64,000 nt of DNA from NCBI RefSeq assembly GCF_044704955.1, contig NC_091990.1:177010001-177074000 (forward strand). The letters run 5' to 3'. The first letter of the stretch is position 1; the number at the start of each line of letters is the position of its first letter. Made by a program: the position numbers and the translations under genes. Origin of the DNA: Pristiophorus japonicus (taxonomy: Eukaryota). Shown piece by piece: positions 12,190-25,800 of this stretch. The notes beneath the pieces are model-generated. The model ran no database searches. It was given only the letters and a program-made list of their open reading frames with translations, and was not told the DNA's origin.

Positions 12190-13985
12190 AGTTAACTGAC
12201 CTCGGTAAGAGCTACAAAAAGGGAGTGTGAAAAGAAACTTGCAAGGAATATCAAAATCAACACAAAAAATTATATTGGGAAAAAGAGGATGGTCAGGTGC
12301 AATGTGGGCCACTGGAAAAGTAATAACGGTTATTGTAAATGAAAATAAGGAAATAGCGGATTGTTGAAGAATTACTTTATCAGTATATACAGTAGAGAAA
12401 GAGGATAGCATGCCAGACATCCTGGAAACTAAATTGAATCAAGGACAGGAACTCACCAAAATTAAAGTAAACAAAATAACAGTAATGAAGAAAATAATGG
12501 CATTTAAGAGCGACAATTCCCCAGGACCAGGTGGTTTTCATCCCAGGGTTTAACAGGAAGTAGGTGAGTACATTACAGGTGCCCTAACTGTAATCTTCCA
12601 AAGTTCTCTCAATTCAGGAACCGTCCCTTTAGATTTGAAAGTTGCACACTTTGCTCATCTATTTAAGGAAGGTGAACGAGGCAAACCAGAGACTTATAGA
12701 CCAGTTAGCCTAACATCTGTTGTCAGGAAATTACTAGAGTCTATAATTAAGGATAGAGTGACAGAACATCTTGAACATTTTCAGATGATCAGAGAGAGCC
12801 AGCAGAGATTTATAAAGGTCATGCCTGATGAACCTGATTGAATTTTTTGAAGAGGTGACTAAAGTAGTGGACCGGGGAAAGTCTATGGATATTATTTATA
12901 TGAACTTCTAGAAGGTATTCAATAAAGTCCCTCATAAGAGACTGTTAACTCACTAAATTAAAGGCAAATTATTAACCTGGTTAGTAAATAGGCTGAGCGG
13001 CAGGATACAGAGAGTGAGGATAATGGTCAGGTACTCTAATTGTGTGGCCTCAACTATTCACCGTATTTATTAATGAGTTAGATGATGGGATAGAGAGCCA
13101 CATAACCAGGTTTGCAAGGTGTCATAGCAAGAATTGTAGATGGAAGTATAAAAGAGAGATTAAGAGATTAAGTGAATGGGCAAAAATATGGCAAATGGAT
13201 TTCAATGTAGGCAAGTGTCAGGTCATCCACTTTGAACCTTTAAAGGATAGATCAGAGTACTTTGTAAATGGTTAAAAGCTCGAAGCAGTGGAGGTTCAAA
13301 GAAACTTAGGGATCCGTGTACAAAGATCATTAAAATGTCATGGACAAGTACAGAAAATAATCAAAAAGGCTAATGGAATGCTCTGCTTTACATCGAGAGG
13401 ACTAGAATACAAGGGGTAGAAGTAATGCTACAGCTGTACATAGCCCTGGTTGGACCACACCTGGAGTATTGTATTCAGTTCTGGGCAGCAAACCTTAGGA
13501 AGGATATATGGCCTTGGAGGGAATGCAACATAGATTTATCAGAATGATACCTACACTCCAAGGGTTAAATTACAAGGAGAGATTACACAAACTAGGGTTG
13601 TATTCCCTGGAATTTAGAAGGTTAAGGGGTGACGATAAAAGTTTTCAAGATATTGAGGGGAACTGATCGGGTAGATTGAGAGAAACTAATTCCGCTGGTT
13701 GGGGAGTCCAGGACTAGGGGGCATTGTTGAAAAATTAGAGCCAGGCCTTTCAGAAGTGAAGTTAGGAAACACTCCTACACGTGGTAGATGTCTGGAACTC
13801 TCTTGTGCAAACAGCATTTGTTAATTTTAAATCTGAGATTGATATTTTTTTATTAACCACAGGTATTAAGGAATATGCGGCAAAGGCAGGTATATGGAGT
13901 TAGGTTGCAGATCAGCCATGAGCTCATTGAATGGCGGAACAGCCAAGGGGCTAAGTGGCTGACTCCTGTTCCTATGTTCCTATAA
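12190..13985 (+). mobile_element. Degenerate 5'-truncated CR1
   Basis: RT remnants ([25 protein letters not shown]) and a CR1 3' end (cctgttcctatgttccta). Confidence 0.88.
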
Positions 13986-15199
13986 TAGGGCTGTTGATTT
14001 GGCCTCAGTAATTCTGAGTTAAAGAGGGGAAAGTTGGTCTGTGTTTCTGGTCCTGATTACAATGCAGAAACCGCTTCAGGAAGTGTGTGTAAAGTGAAGA
14101 AATACCCATTACTGTCAAATAGCCTGCTAACATTCACAACAATGCTAATTCCAAAATAAATACCATCTGGGGAGTTGCCGGAGGAGGCCAGCACCCATAA
14201 AGTCATGTCCCACCAAGGAGTCAATGTCTTCAGTGAACGAGAGGAGCAAATCACCAGGGGGAAAAGTGGAGAGTGAAAAAACAGGACTTTAACAATAAAA
14301 AAATACATTTGTATAACTTATTTTATGTTCTAAAACATGCCAAGGCACATTACAGGTAGAGCTGTGTTAGGAGGCAATCAAGGAGAAGAGACCTAAGCCA
14401 CGGTAGCAAAGAAGGATTTTGAAGGAGATGAAAAGGGTCACAGTGTTTCAGGGAGAGAGTTCCAGAGTACAGCGCTGTGGTGGCAAAAATCTCTGCCACA
14501 GATGGGGAGGGGGGAATGAGGAAGGCAGAGATGCCCAGTGGATGAGAATTAGAAGACCCAAAGTTACGTGCTGAAATGTAGGGCTGGAGAAGATTGTAAC
14601 AATAATGAGAATTGACACCATGGAGATATCTGAGGATGAGGATAAGGATTAGGAAACTGATTTGCTGGGAGACAGGAGTCTAGTCGGAGCAGCAGCCGGA
14701 TAGTGAAATAGAAACAATGCCTGAGACCTGAAATTTCAGTCAGAAACTAAACAGGATGCCTTTGATCTTGCCAGTGTTGAACTGAAGAAAGTTCTGGTTC
14801 GTTAAGAACTTTAATAAATACATTGTTATATTTTAATCCAACAGCTAAAACTGACAATTTCAATAAAAACATACTTTAAAATTGATAGTTAGATGCTGCA
14901 AGGAAACAAATCTTTCATATAAAATTACACCTGTGGTGAGAGTGTAGTTCTGTCCCTATGAAGAGGGAGCCATTCGATTCTGAGTTAATTCCATTCTATA
15001 TCCGTGCAATGTAATCTGACTTTTCTTTCGTGACATTATTTCCCCTCCTCTCGGCTCCTCTTGAATTGTTTCCAAAGAGCCTGGTCCTCCCTCACCTAAT
15101 GTTCACAGACATATATCTCTGGTCGGGATTACTGAATAGTAATCAGGAGTGGGAAGCCTGGCCGATTTTCTCCTTCCTAACCCAGGGGAGCAGAGACCT

Positions 15200-16810
15200 T
15201 GGGCGAGAAATTGAATAGATTAGTGCCACCTGTTAGTGATGGCGAAGGGCACTAATGGGGTGCTAAAGGACTAGCGCCCGGGGGCAGTGATATTAGTGTC
15301 GCTCGCCAACTTGAATGGTTTTAGCGGCGGCGCAAACACTTAGCGCCCGGGAATGCTGTGCAAATGAGACCGTGACGTCAATGAGTGTGCAACGCCCCGC
15401 TGGTGCACCAATCACAATATTGATTGTTTTGCTGCATTTACCGATCGGCGCAATCTCACCAGCAAAACCAAGTGCTCACACATGGTATTGGCGCTACCAC
15501 GGTGATATAAAAGGCACAGAGCAACTGGGTCATTGGGAGGTCAGATTGATTGCGACCTTCCCAGAGATTGTTTTGAAAGCTTTCAGATTGCGAACAGAGT
15601 TGCTTTGTTTCTGGTGTTACTGTTGGTGCGTGAGCATTTCTCACAAGTTTTGGACTTGCTGCTTTCCCTCAGTCATGGGGGCTGTGCGGCAATGCACCTT
15701 GGCACCCGGCATCTACTGTTAAGGCGGCGGCTGCAGACACAGACCATGCCAATTGGGCCCAGAGGCAGGGGGAGGGCCCATAGACATCGCAACAGGAGGC
15801 CTTACCCTGCCAGGGTTTTCCGGGAGCAGTTCTCATATATTCATAGAGCAGTGCCTTAGAAAGCTACACCAGCACGGAGGTGGTCACAGAGCACGCCACC
15901 TGCTGCACCAAGACCACGAGCCTCATATCAGGAGGAGGACTTCACTCTCAGTGGCACTCAAGGTCACAGTAGCTCTGATTTCTATGCTGGTGGCTCCCTT
16001 CAGGCTACAGCAGGGAATAGAGCAAACATTTCACAGTTCGCAGTCCATTGCTGCATCCGGGATGTAAGAGATGCTCTGTACAGCAGGAGAAGGGACTACA
16101 TCTCATGGAGCATGTCCAGGGAGAGGCAGCAGGAATGCACTTGTGGATTTGCAAGGGTAGTGGGTTTCCCCATGGCTCAGGGTGCTATTGACTACACTCA
16201 CATGGAATTGCAGGCACCTTAGCGCAACACAGAGGTGGGCTGAGTCTGCAGCCGGGCCTTCCCGTGTCTCTGTGTCGCAGTCTCTGTGTCGCAGAGTGAG
16301 ATGCTGCTGCTCCTCATCCTCATACTCATCCTCATCCTCCTCCTCCTCCTCCTCCTCCTCCTCCACATACACCTCTTGAGGTGGACCTGCATTCTCTACT
16401 ATCAGTGCTGGGCCTTCTCAATGGTCAGGTTGTGCAGCATGCAGCACACAATAAAGCAAAGGCTGCCACTCTGTGAATGTTCATTTGGTGTGCGACCACA
16501 GGCAGCTCATCCTCGCCGTCAATGCCCGCTCTCCTGGCAAAACCCACGATTCATTCATCCTGCAATTGACCATTGTCCCGGAACTCTTCCAACCACCACA
16601 TGGTGCTCGCGGATGGCTGCTGGGGTACAAGATTTATGCACTCGCCACCTGGTTGATGACACTCCTCCGTAACCCCAACACTTGTGTTGAGAACGCATAA
16701 AATGAGACGCATGCCACAATCAGGAACCTCATTGAACAGACTATCAGGATGATCAAACAACGGTTCCGATGCCTTGACCGCTCTGGTGGAGCCCTGCAAT
16801 ACTCCCCCGG
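15200..16810 (+). mobile_element. PIF/Harbinger transposase (HARBI1-like) remnant
   Basis: RRPYPARVFR, LSVALKVTVAL, VCDH...VNAR.PG.THDSFIL, WLLG, IEQTI..IKQRFRCLDRSGGALQYSP; multiple stops. Confidence 0.8.
16310..16363. repeat. (TCC/TCA)n microsatellite
   Basis: Directly visible triplet run. Confidence 0.9.
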
Positions 16811-17833
16811 TTGAGTCTCCCTTGTTGATGGGGGCAGCTTGCTGAGGTGACTGTGTCTGAGCTGGGGTCTCCTGTCCTTCGTCCTCATCTCCCTCGTCGT
16901 TCTCGGTGGGAGGCTGAGGGACAGGCTGCTGCTGTGCTGGCTCATCATCTGAAAGCATAAAGGCACAAGTGTGTGGTTCAGTTCAGGGAAGGGGGGCAGG
17001 AAGGGAGCAAGGAATGGATTGGCCAGCAGCACATGCCCCCAGGCAAGAGATGATCATCCAATACAAAGGATGCCCTCCATCTGTATGACCCAATGAAACC
17101 CTTCACGGTCCCTTGCCTTGCTCTCAGACAACCGTTCAGCTAATCTGTAATACCTCTGATATCATCTGTGGAAGAGGACAATTACAAACATTAAACACCA
17201 TATAGTAGGAATGACAGAGGAGGCATTCCTGGAAAGAAATACACAAAAACACAAAATTGCCAGCAAAGTACATGTGTACTACCATATTGTCCTTTCATTG
17301 TGCCCTGCTGCCACTATTACTACTGCCTCTTATCACCGTGACTACCCCTTCTGCCTCAACTCTTTCCATTTATGATCCTAATGTCCTGTGTGGAACTACT
17401 TCAGTGTCATGAAGTTGGGAGATTTGTGTCTGAGACTGTACCAATAGAGCTCCCAAGGACTGAGTTGTCACTCATCTCAGTGAAGCTGATATTCTTGAAG
17501 TTGATTGAGGACAGAGATTAGGTGGCCATCCGGTGGAACTCCTTTTTAACTAATTCCCTTCTTCTACTCTCCATCTGCACCCAAAAATAGATGTAGGCAG
17601 AATATTTGGACATAAAATCATCCCCCACCATGCCTTCAACACAGTCGAGGAAAAAATGTTTTAGAAAATAAAAAAAGGCATGCTGGAAGTAAAGGGCAGA
17701 GGCATTGCAGTAGCTCCTCTGATAAAACGGCTAGGATGTATTTTTCTTGTTTCTCAGATCAAGAATCAGTGAGATCTAGCTTGTTATATGGTGATGTACA
17801 AACAGCTTATATATCCTGTTCTCTCTTCCACAG

Positions 17834-18142
17834 CCCAACCAAAACTCAGCACATCCACACAAAAAGTTGTAAATGTTGCAGAGAGCTTTTTGACATGTGA
17901 TGCTCAGGAATTTTATCCTAAGCAGATCAATATCAGTTGGTTAAAGTTATCAGATGGAAAAGTGGAGTATGTTTCAAAAAATCAATCCACTGAGGATCTA
18001 GTTACGAACAGTGATGGGACATTCAGTGCTTCCAGTAAAATAAAAATTGAACCAACGTTGGATGATCGTACTAAGTACAGATGTGTGGTGCAGCATAAAA
18101 CAGTCACCGGCAATCTTACACTGGAAATTGACCCGGATGAAG
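17834..18142 (+). CDS. Ig C1-set exon of the NCR3LG1-like receptor
   Basis: Polypyrimidine tract plus CAG acceptor (17831-17833) and GTAAG donor at 18143; 309 nt, phase 1-1. C1 motifs: LTCDAQEFYPKQINISW, NSDGTFS, YRCVVQH. Confidence 0.92.
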
Positions 18143-18944
18143 GTAAGATCTGGTTCGAGATCAGGTTTCGCTTATAATTTATTTCCTTCCAGTAGTGAAG
18201 CTCCCATGACATTCCTCACACATAACATCCATAGTTACCAACCATTTTCTTTTGGAGCAGACATTATTAGCTTTTCAGACCCCTAGTCACACTGTTCATG
18301 TGGGGGCTGTGAAAATAGCTGATCTGAGACTAGTTAAAGTTGCCTCACAATATATTGTGGCTTTCTTCCTTGCGTTGACAATGTTTTTCTCCAGCAAACG
18401 GTACGAATGGGACAGGCATCCAATATATTTGTCAGTAAGTTTTAACTTTAATAGATCTTCCCAGCATTGTAGAATAGTGCTACTAGATAAAATGTTCTTT
18501 CACAATCCTTTTTAAACATAGAATTTATGAGGCTCATAAGCTGTGTTTTTTACTCAGGATACTTTAACTCAATTTTTAGGAGAACTTAAGCAATCAGGGT
18601 TGGCTAAAATCAGGGTGTCAACGTTGTCTTGTCCACCTTGTAGAATTTTCTGCTGTTCTATGTATTTTCCAGCTTTATTTGAATCTCTATCTTTCTGTTT
18701 CCCTTACCCAGCTCTTCAGAGAATTAGTAATACTTCAACACAGCTCCCAGTTTGTACGTGACAAGTTTAGGCATAATCTATCTACCACAGCTTGTTTTAA
18801 CACAGTGCACATAAATAGGGAAAGCCAAGGACAAACCAGCAGCTACAATGCCTGAACTCTGGACTCCACACAGGAGTTGTTCATTGAGCACTAGGTGTGG
18901 TTGGAGTTTGAATGTCACTCTTGCTCCTCCTAGCTCCATAGAAA

Positions 18945-19825
18945 GGTTTATAGACAGGCTAAGTGAGTGAGCAAAAAATTGGCAGACAACGTACAATGTG
19001 GGAAAATGTGGGGTTATCGACTTTGGCAGAAAAAATAGAAAAATGAATTATAATTTAAATGGAGAAAAATTGCAAAGTGCTGCAGTACAGAGAGTCCTGG
19101 GGGTCCTTGTGCATGAAACACAAAAAGTTAGCATGCAGGTACAGCAAGTAATCAGGAAGGCAAATGGAATGTTGGCCTTTATTGAAAGGGGGATAGAGTA
19201 TAAAAGCAGAAAAGTCTCTCTGCAACTTTACAGGGTATTGGTGAGGCCACACCTGGAGTATTGCGTGCAGTTTTGGTCTCCGTATTTAAGGAAATATATA
19301 CTTGCATTGGAGGCTGTTCAAAGAAGGTTCACTAGGTTGATTCTGGAGATAAGGGGGTTGACTTATGAAGATAGGTTGAGTAGGTTGGGCCTATACTCAT
19401 TGGAGTTCAGAAGAATGTGAGGTGATCTTATCGAAACAATTAAGATAATGAGGGGGCTCGACAAGTTGGATGCAGAGAGCATATTTCCACTCATAGGGGA
19501 AACTAAAATTAGGGGTCATAGTCTCAGGATAAGGGGCTGCCCATTTAAAACTGAGATGCGGAGGAATTTCTTCTCTCAGAGGGTTGTAAATTTGTGGAAT
19601 TCTCTGCCCCAGAGAGCTGTGGAGGCTGGGTCATTGAATATATTTAAGGCAGGGATAGACAGATTTTTGAACGATGAGGGAATAAAGGGTAATGGGAAGT
19701 GGGCAGGGAAGTGAAGCTGAGTCCATGATCAGATCAGCCATGATCTTAACAAATGGCGGAGCTGGCTCGAGCGGTCAAATGGCCTATTCCTGCTCCTATT
19801 TTTTATGTTCTTACGTTCTTATGTT
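18945..19825 (+). mobile_element. 5'-truncated CR1
   Basis: RT C-terminus (LVRPHLEYCVQFWSP) and a TTCTTATG-type tail. Confidence 0.92.
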
Positions 19826-20296
19826 TTTTAAAACAATGTAAATTTTTTTAAATCACCTTTTGTTGGTGGCTGCAGGAGCCGCTGCAGATTTCTTAGCGAG
19901 GAAGACCTGGCACCTTCACCACTCATCCGAAAGACATTTTCCTGGAGTGAGCCCTTTAACAGGGGCTTGATCCCTAAGCAACATATCCAAGGGGTCGAAT
20001 GCCTGTTTTAGGCGACTGCATGGGATGACTAAAATGTAGGCACAACTAATTTAGCACCGGCCCAAATGCATACGAGATTGGTTGTAGGCTGTCCCACTGC
20101 TAAATTTGTCAGTGTTGCACCCATTTCACACCAGAATAACAGACGCAATGCATGACAATTTCTGCTTCATTTTCTAGCAGCTAATTAACAGATCTGATCA
20201 GTAGAACAGGACAGATATAGATTCTAATGAATATATGTAAATGACAATTTATTTATTGCCAAGCTTTCAAAGAGTTGTGTATGTTTTATACTTTAG

Positions 20297-20401
20297 CAGA
20301 ACAAAAACCAATTGGACCGATTATTGGAGGCATCTTTGGTTCTGCTGTGCTGCTTTGTGCAGTGTGTTTAGGAGTTTGTATCTGGAAGAAAAAATCTAAA
20401 G
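20297..20401 (+). CDS. Transmembrane exon of the NCR3LG1-like receptor
   Basis: Not in the ORF track. TAGCAG acceptor and GTAAAG donor at 20402; 105 nt, phase 1-1. Reads AEQKPIGPIIGGIFGSAVLLCAVCLGVCIWKKKSK, a hydrophobic helix plus basic stop-transfer, with no stop codon. Confidence 0.88.
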
Positions 20402-21179
20402 GTAAAGTCCTTTTCATCTTCATAAAGAACAACCAAAAATTTTAAAGTGAAAACTACTTGGTTATTGGACTCGTATGTGACAATTTGTTTCAAGATGTTA
20501 AGTATTGTTATTGTACTCAACTGTAGAAAAATAATGATTTCTACACAAGTAACCACAATTTGTGGATTGCTCTTTTCTCTCTCTAACAATGATTTTGACG
20601 AACATTAACTGGCCTCATTGTGATAATTATTGGTGTCACTGCAGGCTAGTAATCCTTTCATCACAAGTCTCTATTCTGGTTTGTAGAAATGATTCTAATT
20701 AAATCGACCCAACTCTTCTGGTTCTGCTGCTAACGTTGTGCATTTTAAACAATAACACTTTCCTTTCAGCTAATATTCTGCAAATTCAACACAAGTAACA
20801 CAGAGTAAACATAACTGAATTGTTGGGAAATCATTCTTTATATAGATCTAGTCGTTTTGTATTTGAAGATTCACAATAATCAGCACTTTGCTTCTGGTTC
20901 ATTACACTCGGGCAGTGCACGATGTGAGACATTTTTAATTGAAGACGTATCAAAAATCATTTGGCTCTAACAAGATATCAGTTAAAATGGTGATTAACTA
21001 TTATGGGTTGGTGTTAAAGTTGGGTCTGTCAGCTGGAAACAGGAACCTTTACTTCACTTGGCAGATGTTGACGATATTTCATATGTCGAGGCTTTAATAT
21101 GCTGTTTGCTTACGTTTCAAGAAATAATTTTCCTTATCGTTCATGTGGACATCATTAAAGGCGGAGTGTAAAAATGTGT

Positions 21180-21255
21180 TTTTTTTATTCGTTTCTGCGA
21201 TGTGGCATCGCTGACATGGTCAGCATTTATTGTCCCTCCCTAATTGCCGTTGAAA
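21180..21255 (-). mobile_element. 3' tail of a HER/HE1-type LINE or SINE
   Basis: The reverse complement matches the 3' end of the 40965-42150 LINE (ggga...caataaatgctg...). Confidence 0.55.
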
Positions 21256-21647
21256 GGGATTAAAATTTAAAATCACATGAAAAGCTGCTCCTCTTTTAAT
21301 TATTTGATCAAAGTGAGGACATGAGACATTAATGGAAGAACTGGTGAAATTCATCATTTGAACTATGAATTAAATTTTCCTATTTAAGTTGATAATGTCA
21401 GGATAATTCTGTGTTTTCCATACATACTATAGAGAGCTTAAACTATAAGGATCTAGAATGATGTACTTTTAAAATTGTCACATTCAAATTCCATTTGCTA
21501 TGGATCCAGGTCAGTTTGTGTGCTGGCTTATTTACTTTGACTGCATTGTTGTTTAATGAAAAACAAAACCGAAGGAAAGAGAGGATGTCACTGGCACACC
21601 ACTTCTTGAGGAGAGCCATTCCAAATCTGAAAGAGGAAATTCATTAA

Positions 21648-22250
21648 CCATCATCATCATAGCCAGCCCCTCGAATCGAGGATGACTTGTTTCACGTCAA
21701 AAAGTTCACACGTGTTTCTATGAAGGACCTAAAATTCCAGGTCCCGAACTACATCCTGAAGGGTGGAAGATGCCTGTGCATGGATTTTTTTAACGTGTGG
21801 TGACCGTTGCACACCAGCCACCACACGGGCTTGACAGAGCTAGGTCTTGGTCCAGTAGCAAGGATTAACCAAGACAACCGGAGACCAGCTCTGCTGCACT
21901 GACCTAGTGCGCGCACATATCGCAGTGTAGGCTAGCCCATGCTGCCCCTGGGCCCTTGCCTCTTCTGGGGCCCGAATTCACACCTCTCCTGGGCCCCGAA
22001 CTCACGCCTCTCCTGGGCCCCGATCACATCACTCTACAATCTCTCGCCGTTCCTTCGCCCCGACCTTGCCACTCCTGCTGTACCTGCCCATTCTCCAATC
22101 ACCGACCTGAACCTTGGTGACGTCCCTTTTCACTGCCGTTACTCTCCTGCTCCAGCACGTGCTGCTCTCTGGAGTGGTACACCGCCACACTGCTCCTTCC
22201 GCTCCCGGCCTGCTCCGATGGTGCTCGCAGGCCGGGGGCCACTCAGACTG
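21648..22250 (-). mobile_element. SINE-like element with (ATG)n tail, copy 1
   Basis: Homologous to 44030-44430; catcatcatcatag tail on the + strand and a GC-rich head. Confidence 0.6.
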
Positions 22251-22833
22251 CTGGGCCACTCAAACTTTCATAGTAGCAAATTCTATATTTTATTTCTCTC
22301 GGCACAAAAGTTAGAAGCTTAAGTGTCAGTTTCATCTTCGTAGACTCATAGAAATGCTTCTCTATTTTTTTTTAACAACCAGAATGTTTATGTCAATTGT
22401 AAGATTTCCATTCTTATCAGTGTACTCTGAACACACTCAGCCATATAATCTATAAATATGAGCATCCAGATAACTTCACAATGGATTTGAATGGGAGAGA
22501 GATATTCCAAACTTAATACTCCAGATTCAAAGTTTCCAATGTTGGGACACCATAAAGCAATTTTTCCTCACTTGATATTAAAAGCCCAATTATTGGAAGT
22601 TTTCCTGGAACTAAACAGGTTTTCAACTGCTAAAGACAAAGTCCTTGGACCAGAAATCAGTGCCATTCAACAGGCATGCTATCAGCTGAAAATGCAGTGG
22701 CTTTGCATGCAGAAAATCCACCCCTCCCTTCCCCAGCTCATGGAAACCCGACCTGCAGGAGAACAAATGCCGGTTGTGCTTATGACCAGAATTACCAGCA
22801 GTGAAGACTGATGGAGCAAATACAGTGTGGTTA

Positions 22834-25800
22834 TGTCATGTATTTAACTGTCATTGTAACCCATGTATAAACTGACGAGTTGTACACTGTGAGAACATTG
22901 ACCACTAGGTGGTGAACTTGTGGGAGACACTCCTAACCTGGTCTTTCAGGTATAAAAGGGGAAGCTCCACCCACCTTCATCACTTCAGTGCTGGAATAAA
23001 AGTTGCTGGTCACAGAGTGACCCTCTCTCAAGCATGGACCTTGTGTGCATTTGTACTGTATAGTAAGGACATATCATTGGCGACGAGAAACTAGGATTTA
23101 AACCACGCGAGCATGGCCACTAGCAGCAGGGACGAGAGGTACTGTGTTGATGATGATTGGGACGACTTTATTGAGAGACTACAGCAAAGCTTCATCACTA
23201 AGGAATGGCTGGGACAGGATTCGGTCGACAAACGCAGGGCTCATCTCCTGACCGTTTGTGGGTCCAGGATGTACTCCCTGATGAAGGACCTTCTAGCGCT
23301 AGAGAAGCCTTCGGACAAGACTTTTGAAGAGCTCAGTAAGTTGATCGGGGAACACCTTAAACCGGCGAGCAGCATGCACATGGCAAGACACCGGTTTTAT
23401 ACGCACCGGCGGCGAGAAGGACAAAGCGTTCCAGACTTCATGGCAGACCTCCGGCGACTGGCGAGCCTATGTAAGTTCCCAGATGCATGCAGAGCGGAGA
23501 TGCTGCGAGACATTTTTATTGAGGGCATCGGGCACGCTGGGGTTTTCAGGAAACTGATTGAGACCAAAGACTTGACCCTGGAAACAGCGGCTTTGATGGC
23601 CCAGACATTTATCTCAGGGGAGGAAGAAACCAGAATGATGTTTGACAAAAATATTGGTTTAAATGCAGCAAATGGACAGTGAGTCAACATTGATAACGCG
23701 GCACACAGTTCTCCAGGCAGACAGTGGCAATCGGACATGCCCGAGCATGTAGTCGAATCCAAGGGGGGAATTCAACAGAGACAATGGCTAGCTGAACAGC
23801 GATTCACGCCATCGCAGGGGACAATGCGGCCAGTAATGGGGCCATCAACACCTGTTAATGGTGCGCTTAAGGACAGTTACAGAGACAGTCAGAGATGACC
23901 GACTGGTAATGGGCCTTTTGTTTCCTACAACGGCTCATGTTGGAAGTGTGGAGGCAAACACACAGCCAGAGCTTGCAGGTATCAGCAATACACCTGCAGA
24001 AATTGCAATGTCAGCGGTCACTTGGCGCGTATGTGCAGGAAGCCTGCAGCCAGATTGATGTATGAGGAGGACGGGGACGATGTAAGCCCTACGGGGCCAA
24101 ATGGACACTGGGGGAAATCGCTGGAAGCTGAAGTTCAGCGAGTTCATGTGGAGCACATATACAGTTCATACACCAGGACGCACCAATAATGATGAAAGTG
24201 CTCCTCAATGGAATCCCAGTATCAATGGAGCTAGACACAGAGGCCATCCAGTCCCTGATGAGTATCAAACAGTTCGACAAGTTGTGGGCATCCAAGGCCA
24301 GGAGGCCAAAATTATTGCCGATTGACGCACAGCTATGGACATAAACAAAGGAGATCATTCCGGTGCTAGGCAGCGTCACGGTAGCCGTGACCCACAAAGA
24401 TTCGGAGAACAGGTTGCCACTCTGGATTGTTCCGGGGGACGGTCCCGTACTACTGGCTGGCTGACATCAACTGGAAATGGGGCGATGTCAATGCAATTTC
24501 TTCTGTGGAGCGAATGTCATGTTCACAGGTCCTGGACAAATTTGATTCACTATTTCAGCCTGGCATTGGCACTTTCATGGGGACCAAGGTAGTGATTCAC
24601 ATAAACCTGGACGCCAGGCCAGTACATCACAAGGCCAGAGCGGTGCCGTACGTGATGCGGGAAAATATAGAAGGCGAATAGGACCACCTGCTGAGGGAAG
24701 GCATCATCTCACCAGTCGAATTCAGTGACTGGGCGAGCCCGATTGTGCCGGTGCTCAAGGCGGATGGGTCGGTCAGGCTATGTGGTGATTACAAGGCCAC
24801 CATCAATCGGGTGTCACTCCAAGACCAGTACCCGCTACCAAGAGCAGAGGACCTCTTCGCGACGCTATCCGGTGGCAAACTTTTTTCAAAATTGGACCTA
24901 AACCTCAGCTTACATGACCCAGGAGCTGGTGAGTGAGTTGAAGAAGCTGACCACCATCACGACACACAAGGGGTTGTTTGAGTACAACAGATGTCCGTTT
25001 GGGATTCGCTCGGCTGCCGCGACCTTTCAACGCAATATGGAAAGCCTCCTCAAGTCGATTCCAAGGATAGTGGTTTTTCAAGACAACATCCTCATCACAG
25101 GTTGTTATACTGAAGAACACCTCCACAACCTGGAGGAGGTGCTACGCAGACTGGACTGGGTAGGTCTGCGACTGAAAAAGGCAAAGTGTGTCTTTCTTGC
25201 TCCAGAGATAGAATTCCTGGGGATGAGGGTAGCAGCAGACTGCGTCCAAAACAGAAGTGATCCAAAGAGCACTCAGACCCCGTAACACGACGGAACTACG
25301 TTCGTTCCTCGGGCTCCTGAACTATTTTGGTAACTTTCTTCCCAAATTGAGCATGCTGTTAGAGCCGCTACGTGTGCTCCTACGCAAAGGTCGTGAATGG
25401 GTCTGGGGGGGCAGCCAGGAAAGGGTTTTTGATAGAGCACGAAATTTGTTATGCTCCAACAATCTGTTAACGCTATATGACCCATGTAAGAAACTTATTT
25501 AACGTGTGACGCGTCGTCCTATGGGGTCGGGTGTGTGTTGCAGCATGTGAATGCCAAGGGTCAGTTACAGCCGGTAGCTTATGCCTTCAGTAGTCTGTCC
25601 AAGGCAGAACGGGGCTACGGGACGGTAGAAAAGGAAGTGCTTGTGTGTGTATATGCTGCAAAAAAAAATGCACCAGCACCTGTTCGGCAGGAAATTTGAG
25701 CTGGAGACAGATCACAAACCTCTAACGTCCCTTTTGGCCGACAACAAGGCCATAAATGCAAATGCATTGGCCCGCATACAGAGGTAGGCACTTACGTTAG

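Noticed and set aside
16103-16672. Poly-E, poly-S and poly-L ORFs
   Set aside because: They are translations of a TCC microsatellite inside a Harbinger remnant.
20770-20800. Possible short terminal exon after ttcctttcag (ANILQIQHK*)
   Set aside because: The acceptor is plausible but there is no independent support. If real, it would refute the cytoplasmic-Ig model.
21560-21685. Possible cytoplasmic exon (KEREDVTGTPLLEESHSKSERG)
   Set aside because: It looks coding but has no phase-compatible AG acceptor or GT donor, and it runs into a SINE-like tail. Unresolved without RNA data.
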